Source of the DNA: a virus | DNA length: 43,690 nt | Virus record (IMG/VR): IMGVR_UViG_3300028830_000013 | Coordinates: 1-43,690 of that record | Strand: one strand, 5' to 3' | Shown: positions 14,207-21,804 of the stretch, piece by piece | Position numbering within the stretch: position 1 is the stretch's first letter | How the letters are laid out: each line of letters begins with the position of its first letter | Program-made: the position numbers and the translations under genes | Notes under the pieces: generated by a model | The model's input: the letters and a program-made list of their open reading frames with translations, nothing else | What the model was told of the DNA's origin: nothing | The model's database searches: none

Positions 14207-14760
14207 CTATGGTCCGCTTCACCGAAGAGCAACTTACGGCACACAGAGAACGCCTGAGAGTGTCGATGGAGCAGGCCGGCGCTCGGCAGGAAAGTGGGGG
14301 TAGCGAAGCTATCACGCTGCTGCTTCCTTGGCCTGTTTCGGCCAATAAATACTGGCGATCGTTCGTCCCGAAGGGGCAAACACGTGCTCTTGTGGTGCTG
14401 TCGGACGAAGCGAAGGCGTACAAGGTCAAGGTCAAGGCAATTGCGCGTGCGGCAGGGATTTCTACGCCGATCACCGGCCGTGTGGAGCTTGACGTTCGGT
14501 TGTACCCGGCGCGACCTAAGGATTGGGTCAAGCGCGCTCAACGCGATCCGGGCGGGTGGGACAACACGGTGCAGTCGATCGATCTGGACAACGCGTTGAA
14601 GGTCACGATCGACGCGCTCAAGGACAACGTGATCGAGGACGACAGGTTCGTCTGGCGCATCGAGGCCGAACGCATGGAGCCGTCCGGCGAGGCGCGCATG
14701 GTCGTCACGGTACGCTCGCTCGCGCCGCGTGACGTGCCGCAGCTCGGGTTGGGGTTCTGA
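14203..14760 (+). CDS. rusA: RusA-family Holliday junction resolvase
   Basis: LLLPWPVSANKYW, RVELDVRLY, DLDNALKVTIDALKDNVIEDD and RMVVTV are typical RusA blocks. Confidence 0.8.
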   Translation: MTMVRFTEEQLTAHRERLRVSMEQAGARQESGGSEAITLLLPWPVSANKYWRSFVPKGQTRALVVLSDEAKAYKVKVKAIARAAGISTPITGRVELDVRLYPARPKDWVKRAQRDPGGWDNTVQSIDLDNALKVTIDALKDNVIEDDRFVWRIEAERMEPSGEARMVVTVRSLAPRDVPQLGLGF

Positions 14761-14763
14761 GCC

Positions 14764-15558
14764 ATGGCCAGAATCCGCTCAATCAAGCCTGATTTCTGGA
14801 CAGACGAGAAGATAGTCGAGCTTGATTTCGCGACGCGCTTGTTCTTCATCGGCTCATGGAATTACGCGGACGACAACGGAAACCTGCAGCGCTCTGCGAA
14901 GAAATTGAAGATGCAGATTTTCCCGGCCGACGCGATCGACTGCGAGCCGCTGATTCTTGAACTGATTGCTCACGGATTATTCACTGAGTACTCAGTGAGC
15001 GGAGAAAAATATCTTCATATCAACAACTTCCGAAAGCATCAGGTCATCAACCGACCATCCAGGTCGCACATTCCGTCGTGTGAAATGCCTGTGGATAACT
15101 CAACGCTCACTGAGGACTCATTGACGGAGGGGAAGGGAAGGGAAGGGAAGGGAGTAAACCAAACTGCTGCTTCAAGCGGCGAAGGTGCACCAGAAGACCC
15201 GCCGCCGCGAACAGCAGCCGATCCGATCCAGTCCCGAGCGATCGAGCTTACCGCCTTGCTCCGACAGCGAGGCGCCTCGCTGCAAGCCAGCGACCCACGC
15301 GTCATCGCATGGGCCGAGCGAGGGGTATCCGATGCCGCAGCACTGAGCGCCCTGGAGGTCGCTCTGTCCCGACGGGCGGAGGCAGGCGATCCGAAGCCGG
15401 TCAACGCCGGCTACCTCGATTCGATCATCGGAGGCAATGGCAATGGCATCAGTACTCGAAAATCCGCAGCGGAACGCAGGGCCGATCATCTCGCCGAACT
15501 CGGCGGCTACGGTCCGGGTTCGCGAGCTATCGCCGGATCGGCAAAGCGCGTGGGTTGA
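14764..15558 (+). CDS. Replication initiator / organiser (lambda O-like role)
   Basis: The N-terminus IRSIKPDFWTDEKIVELDFATRLFFIGSWNYADDNGN is a widespread phage replication-module motif. The gene lies directly upstream of a lambda-P-like gene and has internal palindromes and an AT-rich tract. Confidence 0.55.
   Translation: MARIRSIKPDFWTDEKIVELDFATRLFFIGSWNYADDNGNLQRSAKKLKMQIFPADAIDCEPLILELIAHGLFTEYSVSGEKYLHINNFRKHQVINRPSRSHIPSCEMPVDNSTLTEDSLTEGKGREGKGVNQTAASSGEGAPEDPPPRTAADPIQSRAIELTALLRQRGASLQASDPRVIAWAERGVSDAAALSALEVALSRRAEAGDPKPVNAGYLDSIIGGNGNGISTRKSAAERRADHLAELGGYGPGSRAIAGSAKRVG
14981..15154. repeat. ori-like cluster inside the initiator gene
   Basis: Four elements: a perfect 18-bp palindrome TCACTGAGTACTCAGTGA (14981-14998); a near copy TCACTGAGGACTCATTGA (15107-15124); an AT-rich stretch at about 15001-15043; and (GGGAA)4GGGAG at 15130-15154. 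Confidence 0.5.
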
Positions 15559-16072
15559 TGCCCTGTTCGGCAAGTTCGCCCGGACCTACGGCAGCACGTT
15601 CGCGAGCCTCTGGGCGGGGGTGCCGGTCGAGGAGGTGAAGGCCGAGTGGGGCGCTTCGCTGGGCCCCTACACCGGAGCGCAGATCGCGTGGGCCGTTGAG
15701 GCCTGCAAGCGCGAGCACGACGCAGCGCCGACGCTGCCGAAGTTCATTCGGCTCTGTCAGCAGGCACCGCGGGCAGAGCGGATGCCATTGCTGCCGGACA
15801 ATGGCGTGCCGATCCCACCGGGGGTAGCCGCGAGGCTTAACACGGTGAGCCACAAGCCGCCACCGCAGAGCCTAGAGCAGCGCGCGGCATGGGCGGTACG
15901 CTTCCTGGAGCGTGTGGCCAGCGGAGAGACTTACCGTGGCGCTCCCCTGCCGTTGTCGTGTGAGCGCAACGCGTGCGAGGCGCTGACGGCCATCGGTGCG
16001 CGGCATCTTGCGCCGCCGGCCTACGTGGCGATGCATCGGCCGGTGTGGGCCGCTGGGCAGGGGTCGAAATGA
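15437..16072 (+). CDS. Lambda P-like replication protein (helicase-loader role)
   Basis: LFGKFARTYGSTFASLW...EEVKAEW...TGAQIAWAVEACKRE...PTLPKFIRLCQQ parallels lambda P (FSQLLATFPASL..NEIRRQW..TMEQVNAGMRVARR..PSPGQFVAWCRE). The start is uncertain: the only ATG or GTG codons I found lie 116-122 nt inside the upstream gene. Confidence 0.6.
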   Translation: MAMASVLENPQRNAGPIISPNSAATVRVRELSPDRQSAWVDALFGKFARTYGSTFASLWAGVPVEEVKAEWGASLGPYTGAQIAWAVEACKREHDAAPTLPKFIRLCQQAPRAERMPLLPDNGVPIPPGVAARLNTVSHKPPPQSLEQRAAWAVRFLERVASGETYRGAPLPLSCERNACEALTAIGARHLAPPAYVAMHRPVWAAGQGSK

Positions 16073-16458
16073 GCCGGCTGCACGACGCATGCCACGCGCC
16101 GGGCTGCCCGCTGCCTGGTGCGCTGTCCGACGCAACCAACGGCGCCGGACCGTTCGCGTGCTACCTGCACTTCGGCAAGCCACGCGATCAGCATGACGCG
16201 ATCACCGGCAAGATCCGCCAGCGCGATGCCGTGTGGCGGGCGATGCGCGACGCTGCCGCGATGGATCCGTGGCTCGAGTGGCAGCCTGTCGCGCGCCACG
16301 CGCTACGCGATCACCCGGATCTGCAACCGGGCGCCGACGAGGGCCGCACGGCATGGCTCATGCGCGTGCGTGGAGTCATGACGCGCCAATGCGCCGTGAC
16401 GCAGGCCGATGTCGATGCGCAGATGAGACTCGATGACGAACAGGTGCCCGATCTCTGA
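16069..16458 (+). CDS. Hypothetical Cys/His-containing protein (129 aa)
   Basis: Starts at MSRLHDACHAPGCPLPG, with an ATGA overlap to the upstream stop. Confidence 0.55.
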   Translation: MSRLHDACHAPGCPLPGALSDATNGAGPFACYLHFGKPRDQHDAITGKIRQRDAVWRAMRDAAAMDPWLEWQPVARHALRDHPDLQPGADEGRTAWLMRVRGVMTRQCAVTQADVDAQMRLDDEQVPDL

Positions 16459-16724
16459 TGGCGCACTACATCATCGTTCGGCTTAATGATAAAAATCGCC
16501 GCATCGGGCAGGGCCATCATCGTGCGCGGCTGTCGGATGCCGATGTGGATCTGATGCGCGACCTGCACGAGCTGAACGGCAAGCCGTATCGCGAGCTGGC
16601 TGGGCAGTTCAGGGTGAGTTTCTGGACGGTTCGGGCGATTTGTCAGTATCGGCGCAGGGCGCAGACGGTTGTGATGGTCAAAGCGGTTATGGTTAAGAAA
16701 GTCGATGATGGTAGCGAAAAGTAG
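16458..16724 (+). CDS. Small HTH DNA-binding protein upstream of terminase (possible late regulator)
   Basis: HHRARLSDADVDLMRDLHELNGKPYRELAGQFRVSFWTVRAICQYRR is an HTH-like pattern. Confidence 0.5.
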   Translation: MAHYIIVRLNDKNRRIGQGHHRARLSDADVDLMRDLHELNGKPYRELAGQFRVSFWTVRAICQYRRRAQTVVMVKAVMVKKVDDGSEK

Positions 16725-17232
16725 AGGGCTGACTGCCAAGCAGGCGCGCTTTATCGACGAGTACCTGACGGATCTCAATGCGACGCAGGCAGCGATTCGC
16801 GCGGGGTACAGCGCGAGAACGGCTGACAAAATCGGCCCGGAATTGCTAGGGAAAACCAGAGTTTCAGAGACGCTCGCTGCCCGCATGCAGGCACGCGAGA
16901 GGCGAACCGAGATTACACAGGATCGCGTGCTGCTCGAACTGTCTCGATTGGCTTTCTTCGACATCAGGAAAATATACGAGCCGGACGGGTCGCTGAAGAA
17001 GGTCACGGATCTCGACGATGACACCGCGGCTGCGATCGCCGGCATCGAGGCGATCGAAGTTGATACAGACGGTCGCCTCGTCGTCACGAAGAAGTTCAAG
17101 TTTTCAGACAAGAACGCTGCGCTGACCAACGCGATGCGCCACCTCGGGATGTTCGACGACAAGCTGAACCTGAACGTCACGGGTTCTTTGGCCGAAAGGC
17201 TGGCGCGGGCGCGGGCGCGGAACGGGGCGTAG
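16705..17232 (+). CDS. terS: Terminase small subunit (Terminase_2 / P27 type)
   Basis: LTAKQARFIDEYLTDLNATQAAIRAGYSARTA... is the family's N-terminal signature. It lies upstream of terL. Confidence 0.85.
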   Translation: MMVAKSRGLTAKQARFIDEYLTDLNATQAAIRAGYSARTADKIGPELLGKTRVSETLAARMQARERRTEITQDRVLLELSRLAFFDIRKIYEPDGSLKKVTDLDDDTAAAIAGIEAIEVDTDGRLVVTKKFKFSDKNAALTNAMRHLGMFDDKLNLNVTGSLAERLARARARNGA

Positions 17233-17236
17233 AGAA

Positions 17237-18718
17237 ATGACTAGCCGTGACAGCGTTGTTGAGGACGATCTGGTCGACCTCGCCGGAGAGTCTGCCCTAG
17301 ACCCGCTGCACTGGGTCAATCACGCCTACGATTGGGGCGTCGGAGAACTCGCCGACCATTCCGGCCCGCGCGTCTGGCAATCCGAGATCCTGGCCTATAT
17401 ACGCGATCACATGAGCAATCCGGCGACGCGTCATCAGCCGTGCATGGTCTCGGTCGCGTCAGGCCACGGGATCGGGAAATCATCGCTGATCGGAATGATT
17501 GCGAACTGGGCGCTCTCGACGTGCGAGGATGCGCGCGTCGTCATCACGGCCAACACCGACACGCAGTTGCGCACCAAGACCAGCCCCGAGGTCGGTAAGT
17601 GGCAACGCCTGTCGATCACCGGATACTGGTTTGATGTACAGGCGACGAGTATATCGGCACGCGCCAAGGACCACGCGAAGACTTGGCGCGTCGACTTCGT
17701 CCCTTGGAGCGAGAACAATACCGAGGCGTTCGCCGGCCTGCACAACAAGGGCAAGCGCATCGTGCTCGTGTTCGATGAGGCCTCCGCCATCGCCGACAAG
17801 GTGTGGGAGGTCGCCGAGGGAGCGCTGACAGACGAGGATACCGAGATCATCTGGATCGCATTCGGCAACCCGACGCGCAACACCGGGCGGTTCCGCGAGT
17901 GCTTCCGGCGATTCAAGCACCGCTGGCACGTCCGGCAGATCGACAGCCGTTCGGTCGAGGGGACAAACAAAGAGCAGATGGCTGCGTGGGTCAATGATTA
18001 CGGCGAGGACTCCGACTTTGTGAAAGTGCGTGTCCGCGGCATGTTTCCGGCTATGTCTGCGAAGCAGTTCATCAGCGTCGCCGACGTGGATGCCGCGTTC
18101 GGTAGGTCGTTGCGAAAAGAGCAGGTCGATTTTGCGCCGAAGATACTTACTCTCGATCCTGCTTGGGAAGGTGATGACGAACTGGTGATCGGGCTGCGGC
18201 AAGGGCTTCTGTTTCAGGTGCTGCGCACGATACCGAAAAACGATAACGACGTGACAGTAGCTACGCTACTTGCCAATCTCGAGGATTCCCACGAGGCCGA
18301 TGCTGTTTTCGTCGATGCCGGCTATGGCACAGGGATCGTCTCGGCCGGAACGACAATGGGGCGTACGTGGCAACTGGTCTGGTTCGCTGGCGAGTCTACG
18401 GATAGGGGCTGTCTCAACAAGCGCGCCGAAATGTGGAAGTTGATGCGCGACTGGCTCAAGGCAGGCGGGGCGATACCAAAAGACCAAGTGCTGTATGACG
18501 ATCTGATCGGACCGGAAACCGTGGCGAGGCTGGACGGGAAAATACAGATAGAGTCCAAGGCCGACATGAAGCGGCGCGGCCTGACATCACCAAACCGTGG
18601 CGACGCGTTGGCGCTTTCGTTCGCGTTCCCCGTTGTCAAGCGGGCAGACGCCGTTCTGCGCGGTCGTCCCGGCCAGCGCCGCGAGTACGACCCTTTCGCC
18701 GATTTGCAGGGCACATAA
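17237..18718 (+). CDS. terL: Terminase large subunit
   Basis: 493 aa with a Walker-A-like VASGHGIGKSS and VLVFDEASAI (Walker B). Its position is between terS and the portal gene. Confidence 0.85.
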   Translation: MTSRDSVVEDDLVDLAGESALDPLHWVNHAYDWGVGELADHSGPRVWQSEILAYIRDHMSNPATRHQPCMVSVASGHGIGKSSLIGMIANWALSTCEDARVVITANTDTQLRTKTSPEVGKWQRLSITGYWFDVQATSISARAKDHAKTWRVDFVPWSENNTEAFAGLHNKGKRIVLVFDEASAIADKVWEVAEGALTDEDTEIIWIAFGNPTRNTGRFRECFRRFKHRWHVRQIDSRSVEGTNKEQMAAWVNDYGEDSDFVKVRVRGMFPAMSAKQFISVADVDAAFGRSLRKEQVDFAPKILTLDPAWEGDDELVIGLRQGLLFQVLRTIPKNDNDVTVATLLANLEDSHEADAVFVDAGYGTGIVSAGTTMGRTWQLVWFAGESTDRGCLNKRAEMWKLMRDWLKAGGAIPKDQVLYDDLIGPETVARLDGKIQIESKADMKRRGLTSPNRGDALALSFAFPVVKRADAVLRGRPGQRREYDPFADLQGT

Positions 18719-18721
18719 CGC
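18709..18721 (+). repeat. Copy 1 of the conserved 13-mer GGGCACATAACGC
   Basis: The exact 13-mer is also found at 23516-23528 and 39478-39490. All three copies are on the plus strand, 25-51 nt upstream of late gene starts. Confidence 0.8.
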
Positions 18722-18736
18722 CGCGCCTCGCCTAGA

Positions 18737-18763
18737 CAATCCGATCGGAATCAATCCGATCGG
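18737..18763. repeat. Direct repeat CAATCCGATCGG x2 (each contains the palindrome CCGATCGG)
   Basis: Copies at 18737-18748 and 18752-18763, in the terL-downstream intergenic region. Confidence 0.8.
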
Positions 18764-18772
18764 GCTATTGCC

Positions 18773-20116
18773 ATGGCGTCTGCGCTCGACTCAATCCTAC
18801 AATACCTGCCTGCCAACGTCAGGGCTGCGGCTCTCGCCAATGAGGCGCTAGCACTGCGGTCCATCACTCCGTCTGCGTCGCGGGCCTCGGGCCTGGCCAT
18901 CGACATGGGCGGCGATGACGCCGGACTCGGCGTGCTGTCCGGATTCGACGGCCAGAAGACCGGCAACCAGTTCACGCGCGACATCGGATCGACGTTTCAG
19001 GGGCAGGCTCTGTGGGATGCGAACAATGCGGGTAACGCACGGCAGCCGTTCGACATCAACACCGACTTCAACGACCGGAAACTCTGGAAACCCGGCGCGC
19101 GTGAAGCGGTGCTTGGCTCGGCCACGTTTGATGACAAGCTGGGCCTGACGGTCGATCCGTCCGTCGTGCAGAAGTTCGGGCTTTCGCCCAAGGCCACGTT
19201 CATGGACCGCCTCGTACCGGCGCTGATTCTGGCTGCGGCCGGCATGGGCGCGGGGCAAATGTTCAGCGCGGCGACATCTGGCAGCGGATTCCTGCCTGCC
19301 GGCGGCGCTGGATTCGATTCGGCGACGATGTTCAGCGGCGGCGCTGGTGGCACGACTGGCGGGGCGGGCGGCGCTGTTGCGGGCGGCGGTGGCGGGGGCA
19401 ATGTGGCTGGGCGGGTTGCCGGGAATTCTGTTGGCTCAATTGTTCCCGGTGGCGCTTCAGTACCAACCGCGATTGGCGCGGCGAACCCCGCGATTCTTGC
19501 CGAGACTGCAGCCGAAGCAGCATTCCTTGATGGGCTGTCTGGCGCTGCTGCTGGCGCCCATGTCAATGCTGGTTCTCCGAAAAGCGCGGTTGATACGCTC
19601 CGCGATCTGTACCAGACCGTCAAACCCGTCAAAGACGTGCTGTCCATCGGCCAAACCGTCGGCTCTCTGGTGCAAGGTGCGAACGCATCGGCCAACGCCA
19701 AGGACGCGGCAGCCAATCAGGAGCGCGTAGCTGAGGAGCAGTTGCGCCAGCAGCAGACCGCGTTGCAGGAGCAGCTTCGCGTCGCACAGCAGGCCCAGTT
19801 GCAGCAACAGGCCGCGCAGGAGGCGCAACTCAAGGCGCAACAGGCAGCCTATGCCGAGCAGTTGCGCCAGACGCAGGCGATGGCGGCGTACCAACAGCAG
19901 GTGCAGGCGCAACAGTTGGCGCAGCAGCAGGCCAATTTGCGATTGCAAGAGGAGGCGCTGCGCCGGAACAACCAGCGCCAGCCTGATTTCGCGTCGATCC
20001 TCGACAGCAATCGCCGCAGCGGCGCGCAGGGGCAGGCTGGCACCATGCTGACCGGGGCAGGCGGCATCGACCCACTGACGCTGCTGCTCGGGCGCTCGAC
20101 TCTGTTGGGCGCGTGA
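18773..20116 (+). CDS. Gly-rich / Gln-Ala coiled-coil protein of unknown function (447 aa)
   Basis: Good coding bias. It has a poly-Gly tract (GGAGGTTGGAGGAVAGGGGGG) and a long Q/A-rich heptad-like region. It sits between terL and the portal gene. Confidence 0.7.
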   Translation: MASALDSILQYLPANVRAAALANEALALRSITPSASRASGLAIDMGGDDAGLGVLSGFDGQKTGNQFTRDIGSTFQGQALWDANNAGNARQPFDINTDFNDRKLWKPGAREAVLGSATFDDKLGLTVDPSVVQKFGLSPKATFMDRLVPALILAAAGMGAGQMFSAATSGSGFLPAGGAGFDSATMFSGGAGGTTGGAGGAVAGGGGGGNVAGRVAGNSVGSIVPGGASVPTAIGAANPAILAETAAEAAFLDGLSGAAAGAHVNAGSPKSAVDTLRDLYQTVKPVKDVLSIGQTVGSLVQGANASANAKDAAANQERVAEEQLRQQQTALQEQLRVAQQAQLQQQAAQEAQLKAQQAAYAEQLRQTQAMAAYQQQVQAQQLAQQQANLRLQEEALRRNNQRQPDFASILDSNRRSGAQGQAGTMLTGAGGIDPLTLLLGRSTLLGA

Positions 20117-21792
20117 CGATGGCCGATACCAGCACGACCGATCTGCGCCGGCTGTACCTGCAACGATGGGCGGCGCTCAAGCAGGAGCGCGCCTCGTTCG
20201 ACTCGCACTGGCGCGAGATTGCGCAGTTCCTGTTGCCGCGCTCCGGGCGCTTCTTCACGCAGGACCGCAATCGCGGCGACAAGAAGCACAACAACATCTA
20301 CGACTCGACCGGTACGCGCTCGCTGGAAATCCTGTCGGCCGGCATGATGTCCGGCATGACCAGTCCGGCGCGGCCGTGGTTCAAGCTCGCCACGCCGGAT
20401 CAGGATCTGAACCGCTACGGCCCGGTGAAAATCTGGCTCGAGGAGCAGACGCGGCTCATGCGCGACGTGTTCATGCGCTCGAACACCTACCGCGCGCTGC
20501 ATTCGATGTACAAGGAACTCGGCGCGTTCGGCACCGCAACCAGTCTGGTTGTCGAGGATTTCGAGGATGTGATTCGCCACTACCCGCAGACGGTCGGCGA
20601 GTATGCGATTGCGACCGACTTCCGTGGCAACGTCTCGGCGCTCGGCCGGGAACTCCAAATGACCGTGGGAAACATGGTGGCGCAGTTCGGCAAGGACGCC
20701 TGTTCGCTGACCGTGCAGCGGCTGTGGGATGACGGCAAGGTGGATGCGTGGGTCGATGTCGTGCACCTGATCGAGCCGCGCACTGACCGTGACATCCGCC
20801 GCAAGGACAGCCGCAACATGCCGTTTCGCTCATGCTATTTCGAGCCCGGCAGCGATTCCGAAAAGGTGCTGCGCGAGTCCGGCTTCGAACTGTTCCCGGC
20901 CATTTGCCCGCGGTGGGATGTAATCGGCAGCGACATCTATGGATCGTCGCCCGCAATGGAAGCCCTCGGCGCCGTCAAGGGATTGCAGCAGGAGCAGTTG
21001 CGCAAGGCGCAGAGCATCGACTACATGACCAAGCCGCCGTTGCAGGCGCCGACCAGCATGCGCAACATCGGCGTCGATTCGCTGCCGGGCGGTATCAGCT
21101 ACTACGATGCGGCCACTCCGCAGGGTGGCATTCGCACGCAGTTCGAGGTGCGGATTGACCTGAGCCATCTGCTAGCTGACATTCAGGACGTTCGGCAGGG
21201 GGTGCGCTCGGCGTTCTATGCCGATCTGTTCCTGATGCTTGCCAATCAGACCGATGCACGCATGACCGCGACAGAGGTCGCCGAGCGGCACGAAGAGAAG
21301 CTGTTGATGCTCGGCCCGGTTCTTGAGCGGCTGCATAACGAGATGTTGGACCCGAAGATCGACATCACCTTCGCGCGCATGCTCAAGTCCGGTATCGTCA
21401 AGCCGCCGCCCGAAGAACTGCGCGGCATGGATCTGAACGTCGAGTACGTCTCGATGCTGGCGCAGGCGCAGCGCGCGGTCGGCACCAATTCCGTGGATCG
21501 ATTTGTCGGCAATCTCGGCGTGGTCGCGCAAATGAAACCCGACGTGCTGGACAAGTTCGATGCCGACGAATGGGCCGAAGCCTATAGCGACATGCTAGGC
21601 GTTGATCCAAAGTTGATCATCGGTGGCGAGCAGGTCGCGCTGGTGCGACAGCAGCGTGCGCAAGCACAGCAGCAGGCGGCGCAAGCCGAACAGGCCAATA
21701 TCCAGTCTCAGACCGCGCGTAACCTCGGCAGTGTTGATCAGCAGGCCATGGGTGACGTGATGCAGATGTTCAGCGGCTACTCGACGCAATAG
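20113..21792 (+). CDS. Portal protein (T7/BPP-1-type head-to-tail connector)
   Basis: 559 aa with the N-terminus LQRWAALKQERASFDSHWREIAQFLLPR...YDSTGTRSLEILSAGMMSGMTSPARPWF, typical of podovirus connectors. It starts at a GTGA overlap (20113) or at ATG 20119. Confidence 0.75.
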   Translation: MTMADTSTTDLRRLYLQRWAALKQERASFDSHWREIAQFLLPRSGRFFTQDRNRGDKKHNNIYDSTGTRSLEILSAGMMSGMTSPARPWFKLATPDQDLNRYGPVKIWLEEQTRLMRDVFMRSNTYRALHSMYKELGAFGTATSLVVEDFEDVIRHYPQTVGEYAIATDFRGNVSALGRELQMTVGNMVAQFGKDACSLTVQRLWDDGKVDAWVDVVHLIEPRTDRDIRRKDSRNMPFRSCYFEPGSDSEKVLRESGFELFPAICPRWDVIGSDIYGSSPAMEALGAVKGLQQEQLRKAQSIDYMTKPPLQAPTSMRNIGVDSLPGGISYYDAATPQGGIRTQFEVRIDLSHLLADIQDVRQGVRSAFYADLFLMLANQTDARMTATEVAERHEEKLLMLGPVLERLHNEMLDPKIDITFARMLKSGIVKPPPEELRGMDLNVEYVSMLAQAQRAVGTNSVDRFVGNLGVVAQMKPDVLDKFDADEWAEAYSDMLGVDPKLIIGGEQVALVRQQRAQAQQQAAQAEQANIQSQTARNLGSVDQQAMGDVMQMFSGYSTQ

Positions 21793-21804
21793 GGGTGAGA
21801 TGAC

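Noticed and set aside
16311-17180. A 289-aa minus-strand ORF opposite terS.
   Set aside because: It is antisense to a gene with a clear Terminase_2 signature. It has Ser/Arg-rich composition and no SD.
18709-18721. GGGCAC...GC read as a sigma-54 promoter (-24 GG / -12 GC).
   Set aside because: The GG-to-GC spacing is 10 nt rather than the canonical 12, and no TTGC element is present.
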